Source of the DNA: Pirellulales bacterium | GTDB taxonomy: Bacteria; Planctomycetota; Planctomycetia; Pirellulales; PALSA-1355 | Assembly (NCBI GenBank): GCA_963733035.1 | Contig: CAVTBU010000005.1 | Span: 2,304,001 to 2,368,000 of the forward strand | Direction: 5' to 3' | Length of the DNA: 64,000 bases | Shown: positions 51,313-62,912 of the stretch, one piece after another | Numbering within the stretch: position 1 is the stretch's first letter | Layout of the letters: each line of letters opens with the position of its first letter | Program-made: the position numbers and the translations under genes | The notes under the pieces: generated by a model | Told to the model about the DNA's origin: nothing | What the model saw: only the letters and a program-made list of their open reading frames with translations | Databases searched by the model: none

Positions 51313-53117
51313 ATGTATCTGCTCGCACTTGCCTTGGCCGATCTCTCCATCACACCAGCCCAGTTCACGCTCGGCGTGGTCGCCCTGGTATTCGTGATGC
51401 TGGCTTTCAGCCGGCTGACGCCCGACGTGATCCTGGTCGGCGCGGTCGTGCTGCTATTGCTCAGCGGCGTGATCAACGCCAAGCAGGCGCTGGGCGGTTT
51501 TTCGAACGAGGGCATGATCACGATCGGCGTTTTGTTCATCGTTGGCACGGCCGTGCGCGAAACGGGGGCGGTCGACTTCATTACGGCGCGGCTGTTCGGC
51601 CGACCCAAGACTCCCGAAGCGGCCATCACGCGGATGGTGTTTCCGACGATGGGACTGAGCGCGCTGATGAACAATACGCCGCTGGTGGCGATGATGATTC
51701 CAGCCGTGAGCGATTGGGCTCGCACCAATCGTTTTCCGGTTTCAAAGCTGATGATCCCGCTCAGTTACGCCGCTATCCTCGGCGGCACCTGCACGCTGAT
51801 CGGCACGAGCACCAATCTGATCGTTCGCGCCATGCTGATCGACGCCGTGCCCGGTGGACCCAGCATCGGCATGTTCGATATATCTTGGGTGGGTATTCCC
51901 GCGGCTCTGGCCGGCGGGCTGTTCATTATTCTCACCAGCCGCTGGCTACTGCCGGACCGCCGCCCGGCAATCAGCACCACCGACGACCCGCGCGAGTACA
52001 CGGTCGAAATGCAGGTGGCGCCCGAGGGCCCACTGATCGGAAAAACGATCGAGGACGCCGGACTGCGTCACTTGCCGGGCGTGTACCTGGCCGAGATCGA
52101 CCGCAACGGCAGCGTCATTCCGGCCGTATCGCCGCGGGAAGTCTTGCGAGCCAACGACCGCTTGCTGTTCGTGGGCATCGTCGAGTCGGTGGTCGATTTG
52201 CAGCGGATTCGCGGCCTGTTGCCGGCAACTGATCAGGTGGCCAAGCTCAGCGCGCCCCGGCCGCAACGCTGCCTGATCGAGGCCGTGGTGTCGAACAGTT
52301 GTCCGCTGGTGGGCAAGACAATTCGCGACGGGCGATTTCGCAATGTGTATAACGCCGTGGTGGTGGCCGTGGCCCGCAACGGCGAGCGGTTGCAGAAGAA
52401 GATTGGCGACATCGTGTTGCGCACGGCGATACGCTGCTAGTCGAGGCGCATCCGTCGTTTGCCGACCAGCAGCGCAACAGCCGCGACTTCTTTCTCGTCA
52501 GCCGCCTGGAAGGAACCAACCCTCCACGGCACGATCGGGCCTGGATCGCAATCGCGATTCTGGTGGGGATGGTGGCCGCGGTGACACTCGAGTGGCTGCC
52601 AATGCTGCAGGCGGCGCTGCTGGCCGCGGCTCTGATGCTGGTAACCCGCTGCGTCACCGTGGAAGCGGCGCGGCGGAGCATCGACTGGGAGGTCCTGTTG
52701 GCGATTGCGGCGTCGCTGTCATTGGGCGTGGCGCTGGAAACCACCAAGGCCGCCGAGCAAATCACACAGGAGATGATTGCGCTGGCTGGCGGCAGCCCCT
52801 GGATCGCCCTGGTGATGATTTACGCAATCACGCTGATTGTCACCGAACTGGTCACTAATAATGCGGCGGCCGCGCTGATGTTCCCATTCGCGCTCACCAC
52901 GGCCGAGGGTTTGAACGTCAACTACATGCCCTACATGATTGCCGTGATGATGGGCGCCAGCGCCGGCTTTGCCACCCCGATCGGCTACCAAACCAACCTG
53001 ATGGTCTACGGTCCCGGCGGCTACCGATTCAGCGACTACATGAAGATTGGCGTGCCGCTGGATATCCTGGTGATGATCATCACGGTGATTCTGGCGCCGC
53101 TGGTTTGGCCGTTTTAA
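51313..53117 (+). CDS. SLC13/DASS permease with TrkA-C domains (frameshift near 52425)
   Basis: NNTP, GGTCTLIGTSTN, TNNAAA and TPIGYQTNLMVYGPGGY motifs. Confidence 0.9.
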
Positions 53118-53185
53118 CTGGCCGGCGAGAAGGGTAGGCCGCGGAGCAGGCCGAGCGAGTTTGAATTCTCGATTGGTTGACAGTC

Positions 53186-53359
53186 ATGAAGGCTCGTCAA
53201 TTTGGCCTGGGCAGTCTGTTTGGCGCGGCAGTGATTGCCGGTATCTATCTGGCAACATGGCAATACATGCACCGTGCGCCCGCATTGGCAACCGTGCTGC
53301 TAGTGGCCGCGCTTTCATTGGTGGTATGGGTCGGATGGAGCTGGTTGGATCGCCATTGA
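53186..53359 (+). CDS. Small 2-TM protein
   Basis: Two hydrophobic helices. Confidence 0.4.
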   Translation: MKARQFGLGSLFGAAVIAGIYLATWQYMHRAPALATVLLVAALSLVVWVGWSWLDRH

Positions 53360-53547
53360 AGATTCAACGAGCCGTCGTACGCGAGCCGAGGGCCTTGGCG
53401 GACAAGCAATCTGGCAACGGCCGCACAAAACGTGGCCACACACTTACTGCACTTGGGGCGGTCTCGGGTAAGATGAGGACGTGGCCGGACCATTCTCCAA
53501 GCAGCGGATGCCGACGACAAGTTTCCTCGTTTGCAGAGATACCTACC

Positions 53548-53847
53548 ATGTCGAATCGACTGCAAGATAAGGAGGCTCTGGTCACTGGCGTTAGTCGCGG
53601 CCTTGGAGCCGGCATCGCCAGGCGGCTGGCCAGCGAGGGCGCCGACATGGCGCTCACCTACGTCAGCAAGTCCGATCAGGCCAAGGCGACCGCCGAGGCC
53701 GCGCGCGCTCGGTGCCAAGTCGGTTGCGATTCACGCGCGCAACGGCACGGTCGACGCGATCGGGCGCTGGTTGCCTATCTCCCCCGCCCCGAGGCCGGTT
53801 TCGTCACAGGTGCCAGCCTTCATCTGCATGGCACCATCCGCGATTAG
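53548..53847 (+). pseudogene. SDR oxidoreductase remnant (internal deletion)
   Basis: The TGVSRGLG N-terminus is joined almost directly to the C-terminal FVTGASL; no YxxxK. Confidence 0.75.
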
Positions 53848-53862
53848 CATAAGGAAACGGAG

Positions 53863-54279
53863 ATGAAGCACTTCTACTTACTGTTCGCGATCGCAATTCT
53901 GACGGGTGCCCTCGGGCTGTCCCATGTGGCGAGTGCCCAAGAGCATCTCGAATTTGATCGCAAAATCATGAATGAACTTCTCTCGCCCTCGCGAGTCGAG
54001 TTTCACCTGGTACCGCTGGAGGCTTGCGTCGAGTATCTGGCCGACTATCACGGCATTCCGATTGTGCTGGACCTCGAAGAGTTGCGCCGGGAGGAAATCA
54101 GCCCCCAGGTTCCCATCACCGGGAAGCTCGAGAACAAGCGTCTCGAAGATGTCCTCCAGCAGATCCTATTGCCCCAACAGCTCAATTTCATGATCGAAAA
54201 GCAAAAGCTGCTGATCACCACTCGAGACAAGGCGCTCCACTGGCAGCAGCAGTATGCCAAGGAGACGGGGCGCCAGTAG
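53863..54279 (+). CDS. Exported STN-like domain protein
   Basis: Signal peptide; PL....YLADYHGIPIVLD and L..IL...L.F......LLITT. Confidence 0.6.
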   Translation: MKHFYLLFAIAILTGALGLSHVASAQEHLEFDRKIMNELLSPSRVEFHLVPLEACVEYLADYHGIPIVLDLEELRREEISPQVPITGKLENKRLEDVLQQILLPQQLNFMIEKQKLLITTRDKALHWQQQYAKETGRQ

Positions 54280-54448
54280 ACAGCGACTCCGTTTCCAGCT
54301 TGCCCTTGGATCTCGCAGGCGGGAACGCTGCCGCCGCTCAGATCAGCGCCGCTCCAATCGCTGGATGCTTGACTTGCTCCGCCCGGAGGTGCAGACTGAC
54401 CGCGCCCCCAAATCCGCTCAAAAAAAACCATCACCGAGGACACCCGTC

Positions 54449-56916
54449 ATGCGTCCCGCGCTGCAACTTCTGGCGATTGCCGCCGTACTGTGTGGCACTG
54501 GCCTTATCGCCGACGAAGCTCGTTTTCCCGGCCGTAAGGACAACGGCTTTCTGCTTCCCAACGGCTGGACCATCACGCCTGCCGGGGAGCAGATGATTCT
54601 CAAGGATCTCCCGCTCAATATCCTGCCGCTCGCCGATGGTCGGCGGGTCCTGGTCGCAACCAGCGGCTACAACGCCCACGAGCTGACGCTGATCGATTTC
54701 GAGGCCAAACAGGTTCTACAGACCGAAACCGTGCACCAAAGCTGGTTCGGACTCGTCGCGACTCCCAAACAAGATCGCTTGTGGTGGTCGGGCGGCGGCG
54801 GAGCCGCGCTCCACGAATTCACGCTCGCCGACGGCAAACTGGCCAGAACCGACGACGGAGATCCCACCGCGGCATTTGGCCGAGGCGATAACAAAACGAA
54901 CTTCAAGAGCGGGCTGGTGCTGGATGCCAAGCGCAACGTGCTGTACTCGCTCGATATCGATGAGGGGAGCCTCTCGGCCCTGGATCTCACCGACAAGCAG
55001 CCACCACGCAAGTTGTCGATCGGCGGACGGCCCTACGACGTCGTGCTCGCGAGAAATGGTTCCCGACTGTATGTCTCGGATTGGGCCGGACGTGCCGTGT
55101 TGGCCATCGATCCGGTGGACTTGCGCGTCGTGGCCAAGATCGGCGTTGGCGAGCATCCCAATCAGATTGCGGTACACCCGCACGATGATCGATTGTTCGT
55201 GGCTTGCGCTTCGAGCAACGAGGTTTCGGTAATCGACACGAGCCGCGGCGTCGTCACCGAAACGATCTTCACCGCGTTGTTTCCCGGCGCGCCCGAGGGA
55301 AGCACGCCCGATGCCTTGGCGGTGGCGCCCGACGGCGAAAAGCTGTACGTGGCCAATGCCGACAACAACTGCGTGGCCGTCGTGGATATCGAAGAGCCAA
55401 GTCGCAGCCAGGTGCAGGGGTTCATTCCCACCGGCTGGTATCCGACCGCCGTGGCCGTCGGTCCCGACGGCAAGACGCTGCTGGTGGGCGTCGGCAAGGG
55501 GAACCAAACCTCCGCGAACCCCATTCCCAAAGATCCCGAGGACGTCAAGAAGAACGAGGCGCGCCGGCGCGGCCGGCCCTATCCCTACATCGGCACCACG
55601 CTTTCGGGCGCGCTGTCGATCGTGCCGATTCCCGACGAAGACGAGCTGGCGGCGTACACCGAGACCGTGTATCGCAACTGCCCCTACTCCAATAAATTGC
55701 TCACCGCCGCCCCGCACGGACAGAAGACCGCGATTCCGAACAAAGTCGGCGACCCGTCGCCGATCAAGCACGTGATTTACATCATCAAGGAGAATCGCAC
55801 GTACGATCAGGTGCTCGGCGATATCGGCCGAGGCAATTGCGATCCGGATCTGGTGATGTTTGGCCAGGACGTCACGCCGAACCATCACAAATTGGCTAAT
55901 GAATTCGTATTGCTGGACAACCTGTATTGCAATGGTCACGTTTCGGCCGACGGGCATCCCTGGTCGACCATGGCCTACAACACCGACTACGTTGCCCGCA
56001 ACTGGGCGCTCACCTACTCGAATCGCGAGGGGATCGACGATGACGATGAGGGCGACTTGCAAAAAGCGCCCTCCGGCTACCTGTGGGACGCCTGCGCCCG
56101 TCACAATCTGACCTACCGCAGCTACGGCGAATACGGCGGACGCGTGAGCCAGCCCGACGGTTCGCTGAAGATGGAAGGTCGCGTGCCCGGTTTGGTCGGA
56201 CACATGTGTCCCGACTACGGCATTGCCAAGGAGCAGGACCAGCGCCGCGCGATACCGACAACGTGGAGGTCTTTCTGCGCGAGTTTCACGAGTATGAAAA
56301 GAACGGCAACCTGCCGCGGTTCATCGTGATGAGCATGGGCGAGGATCACACCAGCGGCACGCGTCCTGGCGCCTATACGCCACAGGCTTGCGTGGCCAGC
56401 AACGACCTGGCGCTAGGCCGCCTGGTCGAAGCGGTGAGCAACAGCAAGTACTGGCCCGAGACGGCCATTTTTGTAATCGAAGACGACGCGCAAAACGGAC
56501 CCGATCATGTCGACGCGCACCGCACGGTCGGCCTGGTGATCAGCCCCTACGCCAAACGCAAAGTGCTCGACAGCACGCAATACACAACCGTCAGCATGAT
56601 CCGCACGATGGAACTGATCTTGGGGTTGGAACCGCTCAGCCAGTATGACGCGGCCGCCAACCCCATGTTTGCATGCTTTACCGACACGCCCGACCTGACG
56701 ACCTACAAGGCCGAAAACGCGCGGATCGACCTGAAGGCGAAAAACGGTTCGCTGGCCTACGGCGCGGAACGCTCGCTGAAGATGGACTTCAGCGAGTACG
56801 ACAAGATCGACGACTTCGAGCTCAACGAGATTCTGTGGCGCTCGATCAAGGGCGCTGACGCCCCGCTGCCACCGGCCGTTCGACGCGCGATCGCCTATCG
56901 GATAAACAAGCGGTGA
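54449..56916 (+). CDS. YVTN/YncE beta-propeller + phosphoesterase (alkaline-phosphatase-superfamily) protein (frameshift near 56245)
   Basis: GSTPDALA, IPTGWYP, IKENRTYD, SADGH and EDDAQNGPDHVDAHR motifs. Confidence 0.88.
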
Positions 56917-56965
56917 CCGTTCGCACGAAACGAACGGTCCTGTCCCAAGAAGATCGGCGCGAGCA

Positions 56966-57571
56966 GTGACTGTGCACGACGAAACGTCAGAGAAACCGTG
57001 CCCGACGCTACCGCCGATGCGTTCGCCAACGCAGGAGCGTTACTTCGGGCAAATCCAGGCCCAGCGGCAGGAGATCTATGATCGCATCGCTCCGTTGCCG
57101 GCCGCGACGATCTGGCGGCGACCGGGCGACGGCCATTGGTCGGTTGGTCAGAACTTGGAGCACGTCAACAAACTCTTGCGTCTGTTTCGCTGGTTATTTC
57201 TGATTTACTTGCCCGTTGCCGTTCCCATTGCCCGCGTGCGCCGCCATCGCCCCTTTGCGATCGACAAGGAAGACATCTACCAACACGACACGCAACGACC
57301 TCCGGGCGTCAAACCCAAAGACCGCTCGAAAAACCCATTTCGATACGAAGCGTTGCGGGAAGCGATGGACGCCGAACTTGCGCGGACCAGCCGCGCATTG
57401 CAGAACTTGCCCGAGGACGTTGCCGGCAATGTCTACTATTGGGATTGGGTCACCGGGCTGGTCAACTTGCACCAGATGATCTTGCTGGACTACTATCACG
57501 AACGGCGGCACTTCGGCTTCGCACATCGACTGCTCGACCGCTGGCTGAGCGAAGCCGGTTCCGAAAGTTAG
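56966..57571 (+). CDS. DinB-like family protein
   Basis: WSVGQNLEH and HERRH motifs. The start may be 57017. Confidence 0.75.
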   Translation: MTVHDETSEKPCPTLPPMRSPTQERYFGQIQAQRQEIYDRIAPLPAATIWRRPGDGHWSVGQNLEHVNKLLRLFRWLFLIYLPVAVPIARVRRHRPFAIDKEDIYQHDTQRPPGVKPKDRSKNPFRYEALREAMDAELARTSRALQNLPEDVAGNVYYWDWVTGLVNLHQMILLDYYHERRHFGFAHRLLDRWLSEAGSES

Positions 57572-57696
57572 CCGGACCGAGCGGCGGGAAGGCTCGCCAA
57601 GATTTGTTCTCTGGTGGCGAATGATAGTGTGGAACCACGACGGCCAGCAGCCGGCGGCGTGCCCCGCTGCGTGACAAATCACACGGAGTACATGCC

Positions 57697-59775
57697 ATGG
57701 CGCCAGGCGGAAGCGAAATTGCAATCGTGTCGCGTGTTCGAACGCGAAGCTGGAGCGTCTTTCCCGTCGCCATCTGCCTGGCCATTCTGCTGTTGGCCGC
57801 GGCACCGCTAGCGGCGAGAACCGACGAGCCGGCGAAGGAAGAAAGTGCCGCACCGCCGGCGCCGCAGCAGTCCGCCGAGTCACCCGCGGCCGCCGCGACG
57901 CCTGCCGACCGCAACGGGCCCAGCGATCGGGTTGAGCTCGAAGCGTTCATCGATGGGCTGATGGCAATCCAACTCAAGGACAAGCACATCGCCGGGGCGA
58001 CGGTCTCGGTGGTGGTCGATGGAAAACCGCTGTTTGCCAAGGGCTACGGCTATGCCGACGTGGCCGCCAAAACGCCGGTCAGCGCCGAGGAAACGATGTT
58101 TCGCATCGGTTCGGTTTCAAAATTGTTCACCTGGACCGCCGTCATGCAGCTTGCCGAGCAAGGCAAGCTCGATCTCGACGCCGACGTGAACATCTATCTG
58201 AAGGACTTCAAGCTGCCCAGCACCTATCCGCAACCGGTCACGCTCAAGCACCTGCTGGCGCACACGGCCGGTTTTGAAGACCATGTGTTGGGACTGTTCG
58301 CCCACGAGGCCTCGGACCTTGAGCCACTGGGCGTGGTACTGGCTCGCGAAATGCCCAGCCGCGTGCGCCCGGCGGGCGAGCTGGCTTCTTACAGCAATCA
58401 CGGCACGGCGCTGGCCGGCCATATCGTGTCGCAGGTGTCGGGCATGCCCTGGGAAGACTACCTCGAGCAACACCTGCTACAGCCGCTGGCCATGACCCAT
58501 ACATTATTGCGGCAGCCGCCCCAGGAGGAATTGCCCGCGACGATGTCGAAGGGCTACAAATTCGTCAACGGGAAGTACGAGGAGCAGGGTTTCGAATACG
58601 TGTCGATTCCGCCGGCCGGGTCGTTCAGCTCGTCGGCCGAAGACATGTCGCATTTCTTGATCGCCCACCTCCAGGACGGCCGCTACGGCGACGTGCAAAT
58701 TCTCAAGCCCGAGACGGCCCGCCAGATGCGCGAGCTGTTGTTCACCCACGATCCCACGCTGTCCGGCATGGCCTACGGTTTCATGCGGATGAGCTACAAC
58801 GGCCAAAAGATCATCGAACACGGCGGCGACACGGGATGGTTTCATTCGCATTTCGTGATGCTGCCGGCCGACAAGACGGGCTATTTCATCTCTTATAACA
58901 CCGAAAGCGCGGGGGGCGTGCGCAGCCAGGTTCTTGAGGCGTTTTTGGACCGCTATTATCCGGCAGCCGACGAGCCGCCGGTGCAGCCCGCCGCAGAGTT
59001 GCACGATTCCTTGGCGCGCTATGCCGGCAGCTATGGCGCCATTCGGCATTCGTACACGACGGTCACCAAGCTCGGCGCGCTGATGGCCGTGATCCGGGTG
59101 TCGGCCGACGGCGACGAGCTGGTGCTTCACGGCGGCCCGGGCGGGCGGCGCTACGTCGAAGTAGAGCCACGCGTTTTTCGCGAAGTCGACGGCCAGACCA
59201 GTCTGGCATTTCGCGAGGACGCCGGTGGTCGAATCGCCTATCTGTTTCACAGCAGTAGTCCGGCTGTGGCGCTGGAGCGGTTGCCGATGTTGGAGACGCC
59301 ACGGTTCAACGCGGCGCTGTTGGTGATTTGCGTCGCGCTGTGGGCGTCGGCGCTGATCGGTTGGCCCGTCGTGGCTTTCGTAACGCGCGAGCAGCGGCAC
59401 TCGGCGGCAGCCGCCAGTTCGGATCAAAAAACCACGACCCGCGCCGATGGTGCCCGTTTCAAGGGCGCGCCGCTGACAAGTTGCATCGGCTGGCTGACGT
59501 CGCTGGTCGCCTTGGGCTTATTGAGTCTGAGCATGATTCCATTCGCCAAAGCCGAAGAATTCGGCTACGGCGTGCCGGCATTCTTCGCCGCCCTGCTATG
59601 GATGACACCCGTGGTAATGGGCCTGACGGTGGTGATGATGTTGGCCGCCGCGATCGCCTGGTTCAAGGGCTACTGGCGCTTCTCGGGCCGCCTGCACTAC
59701 ACCTGCGTCGCCCTGGGCTCGGTGGCGTTCGTCTGGTTCCTCAGCCATTGGAACCTGCTGTACTTCGGCGCGTGA
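57697..59775 (+). CDS. Serine hydrolase (class C beta-lactamase-like) with C-terminal TM helices
   Basis: SVSK, YSN and HGG motifs; 4 C-terminal TM helices. Confidence 0.88.
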   Translation: MAPGGSEIAIVSRVRTRSWSVFPVAICLAILLLAAAPLAARTDEPAKEESAAPPAPQQSAESPAAAATPADRNGPSDRVELEAFIDGLMAIQLKDKHIAGATVSVVVDGKPLFAKGYGYADVAAKTPVSAEETMFRIGSVSKLFTWTAVMQLAEQGKLDLDADVNIYLKDFKLPSTYPQPVTLKHLLAHTAGFEDHVLGLFAHEASDLEPLGVVLAREMPSRVRPAGELASYSNHGTALAGHIVSQVSGMPWEDYLEQHLLQPLAMTHTLLRQPPQEELPATMSKGYKFVNGKYEEQGFEYVSIPPAGSFSSSAEDMSHFLIAHLQDGRYGDVQILKPETARQMRELLFTHDPTLSGMAYGFMRMSYNGQKIIEHGGDTGWFHSHFVMLPADKTGYFISYNTESAGGVRSQVLEAFLDRYYPAADEPPVQPAAELHDSLARYAGSYGAIRHSYTTVTKLGALMAVIRVSADGDELVLHGGPGGRRYVEVEPRVFREVDGQTSLAFREDAGGRIAYLFHSSSPAVALERLPMLETPRFNAALLVICVALWASALIGWPVVAFVTREQRHSAAAASSDQKTTTRADGARFKGAPLTSCIGWLTSLVALGLLSLSMIPFAKAEEFGYGVPAFFAALLWMTPVVMGLTVVMMLAAAIAWFKGYWRFSGRLHYTCVALGSVAFVWFLSHWNLLYFGA

Positions 59776-59916
59776 GCCAAACGAGCGAGCCCGCGGATAC
59801 CTTGCCGACGACGAACATGCGGGCAGCGCGAGGTATGCCGACGTCGGACCGGCGATACATTTCGCCGGCGATCTCCAGGGAAGATTTTCCCGTCACCGAT
59901 AGCTCGTCCCCTTGCC

Positions 59917-59964
59917 TTGAACATTACGGGATCGTAATATAAAAAATAACTAATTCGTAATGTT
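59917..59964 (+). promoter_or_regulatory. AT-rich promoter region with ATTACG/CGTAAT repeats
   Basis: ATTACG-GGAT-CGTAAT palindrome, plus AACATTACG...CGTAATGTT. Confidence 0.45.
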
Positions 59965-60025
59965 TAGACTCCGAGAATGCCGATAATGTCGGTTAGGATA
60001 CCCAAGATCACCCGAGGATATAACG

Positions 60026-60271
60026 ATGCAAGGTCTTCGTCAGTTTGAACTTATAAACGATTTAGAACCCCGCAGCAGTGCCAAGGCCACCCTCCTGCGC
60101 TGGGATGGCCAACGTTACGTCCGCACGACAGAAATCATCGAACTGCACGAGTTTGTGGGCATTCACGGCTTGAAAGGCGACCGGGGCTTCTGCTTTTTGT
60201 CGCCAGATTCTGGTCGTTGGGAAGCGGCCAGCGGGCTGTATCAACAGGTGCCGCAGTACTCCCATGCGTAG
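60026..60271 (+). CDS. Hypothetical small protein
   Basis: GAGGA RBS; AT-rich upstream region. Confidence 0.6.
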   Translation: MQGLRQFELINDLEPRSSAKATLLRWDGQRYVRTTEIIELHEFVGIHGLKGDRGFCFLSPDSGRWEAASGLYQQVPQYSHA

Positions 60272-60870
60272 TCAGCGCAGGGCGGCTGACACCTCAGAGG
60301 TCCAGGTGATATGCCAGCCGCGCTTTATAGCTCGTATGTCTGTCGATGATCCGCGTCGCCATGCGGGCAGGCATCTTTGCCCACTAGGAACTCGTAGAAA
60401 AAAATCGATGGAAACGACGTTCCTCTCCGTCGTTTCCCCTTGCTCGATGTCGCGGGAGGCCAAGCGGACGCGACCCCGCCACGTCTCGATTTTCGCGACA
60501 TTAGCTCGCCAAGCTTCGGCAACAATCGGCAGCGCGCAAGACCGCCGAAGAGCTCGCCCCTTGCCCGGCCAGCGAAGAACAGCAGTCCGCTTTGACATAC
60601 CAGGTCGGTAACGGCGTATGTGTCATAGGGCGACAATCGCACGAACTGGCGCCCTTCACGCGCACGGTCTACGTCTTAGATGCCCCATCGATTGTCAGGC
60701 CGCTGCGACTGCGGCCTAAGTCGCACAGGAGACGCTTTCAAATTCGTGGGGTCACCTTCAACGGTGAGGCGGAATTACTCTCGCCGTCCGGGGCATATGC
60801 AACGTGTCCCATCCTTTCGCCAGGGGCTCACGCCGCTGGCTCTTGTCTGTCGCCGCGTTGCTGCATGTTT

Positions 60871-60937
60871 GTAGGTCCGGTCTGGGCCTGACATGCGAGC
60901 ATTCGAGCGGCATCCGTCAGGCCCCGGCCCGACCTAC
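60871..60937. repeat. Degenerate REPIN related to the RAYT-flanking REPs
   Basis: GTAGGTCCGGTCTGGGCCTGACA and inverted GTAGGTCGGGCCGGGGCCTGACG. The spacer ends GGCATC, as at 5590-5609. Confidence 0.75.
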
Positions 60938-61032
60938 GAATACAAAATCCTCCGCTTGTCCGCCGCCATGCAATCCGGGTAGCATCGTGCACGGGCTGCA
61001 AACCGCCACTCTCCATCCGCACGGGGCGATGC

Positions 61033-62098
61033 ATGACGACGAACCAATCCGAACTGCGGATCAGCGGACCGGTGCTGCTTTCTTGCGCGGCGATGGTGGT
61101 GATCGTGGCGGGGCTGCGCGGCACAGCCGATCGTCGTACCGCTGGTCGTCGCGGCGTTTTTGACGATGATCTGCTTGCCGCCACTCAATTGGCTGCAGGA
61201 AAAAGGGCTGCCCAAGTGGGCCGCTCTGCTGACGATCGCCACTGGCACCGTGCTGCTCGGGCTGTCGGTCGTGGCGGTCGTGGGCACGTCGGTCAATCAG
61301 ATGCGCGAGCAATTGCCCGAGTATCAAGAGCGAGTGGCCGACGTGCAGGCCGACGTCGTCGCCTGGCTCAAGCGGCACGACATCGACGTCGGCGCCAAAC
61401 TCGAGCAGGAAACGCTCAACCCTCGGCGGGCCGTGTCGCTGTTTGGCGACCTGCTGGTGGCCCTCGGTTCGGTGCTGAGCGACGCGCTGGTGATCGTGTT
61501 CACGCTCTTGTTCATGATCTTCGAGGCGGCCGAACTACCGGCCAAGCTACGCGCGATCTCTGGCGGCGACAACTCGCTGGCGGCGCGATGGGAAACGATT
61601 CAGGCCAGCGTGCGCCGCTACGTCACCATCAAGACCCAACTCAGCCTGCTGACCGCCGTGCTGGCCACCATCTGGCTATGGTGGCTGGGCGTCGATTATC
61701 CGCTGCTGTGGGGTCTGCTCGCCTTTTTGTTCAACTACGTGCCGACCATCGGCTCGATCATTGCCGCCGTGCCGCCCGTGGTGCTCGCGCTGTTGCAGTC
61801 GGGCGTAAGCTCGGCCGTCTACGTGGCCGCCGGCTACCTGGCCATCAACGGCGTCATCGGCAACGTCGTCGAGCCGCGGCTGATGGGGCGTGGGCTGGGG
61901 CTTTCGCCGCTGGTCGTGTTCCTGTCGTTGATCTTCTGGGGTTGGGTGCTGGGGCCGATCGGCATGTTGTTCTCCGTGCCGCTGACGATGATCGTCAAAA
62001 TCGCGCTCGACCACAGCGAAGACATGAAGTGGCTGGGCATTCTGCTCGGCGCCGAGGTGCCGCAGGCGGCTGCCGCGGCCGGAAGCAAAGGAAAGTAG
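61033..62098 (+). CDS. AI-2E family transporter (frameshift near 61125)
   Basis: FNYVPTIG, EPRLMGRGLGLS and FWGWVLGPIG motifs. Confidence 0.88.
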
Positions 62099-62242
62099 CG
62101 CCCGGAAGACAAATCGCGTCAAGCATTTACACGAAGCCGCGTCACGGCGCGCGGCAAAATTTGCCGGCCTCGCAAAGCGCGGTAAAATGCCCGGGAATAG
62201 AAGCGCCCGATCTCGACGATTTTTCTTCGGGAGGTGGCAATC

Positions 62243-62887
62243 ATGCGAATCTCGAGGCTGACCCTGATCGCCCTGGCGATCTCCTGTTGGGCGGCGGTCG
62301 CCCGTGCTCAAAGCGGCGCGAACATCACGCTGCAGTTGCCAAGTTTTCATTCCTTCGGCGTCAACACATCGGTGCTTGTTCCCGATGGCGGACGCGCGCA
62401 ACTGGCCAGCCAGCGGCAGGCGTTTTACGAGCGCACCATGTACGGCGGCTTGCCAACGCAGCGCACGCTCGGAATCGCCCGCGGCACATCGGCGGTGCAA
62501 GTGACGGCGCAAATTCATGATCCCCGCGCCGCCGAAGCTGAACTGATCCGCGAAGCGCGCGAACGACGCGCTACCTGGACGCGCGGCAGCGTTGAACCGC
62601 ATGGCTTGCCCCAGCGGGTCGCCAACGATCAGGCCGCGCTCCGCAGCCTGGCCGACATCGAGCGCCAGCGCGCCGCCCAAGCCGCGGCCCGCGCACGCGA
62701 GGCGCAGCAGTTCCTGATGCAGGCTCGCAAATCGTACAACGCGGGCAAGCCAGGCGTGGCCGCTGTTTACTACGGCATGGCCGCCAACCGCAGCGACGCC
62801 GAGCAGAAGCAGGCCATCGAAGACGAAGCCCGCCGAGCCAAGGCAGCGGCTTCCGAAGCCGACCAAACGGCAGGCGCAACGCCTTAG
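62243..62887 (+). CDS. Exported hypothetical protein with a secretin-C-terminal-like short motif
   Basis: Signal peptide; TLQLP.F..F.V.TSV.VPDGG; GGAGG RBS. Confidence 0.6.
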   Translation: MRISRLTLIALAISCWAAVARAQSGANITLQLPSFHSFGVNTSVLVPDGGRAQLASQRQAFYERTMYGGLPTQRTLGIARGTSAVQVTAQIHDPRAAEAELIREARERRATWTRGSVEPHGLPQRVANDQAALRSLADIERQRAAQAAARAREAQQFLMQARKSYNAGKPGVAAVYYGMAANRSDAEQKQAIEDEARRAKAAASEADQTAGATP

Positions 62888-62912
62888 CCAGTGTGGTCGC
62901 GCCGGCCGACTA

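Noticed and set aside
60272..60780. ORFs or an ncRNA in this intergenic stretch
   Set aside because: No convincing coding bias, RBS or extended structure was found.
7032..62098. Many single frameshifts (near 7368, 17500, 23450, 32825, 48940, 52425, 56245, 61125) as programmed frameshifting or mass pseudogenisation
   Set aside because: There is one indel per otherwise intact gene, with no shared slippery motif and no in-frame stops. Long-read consensus errors are the most likely cause.
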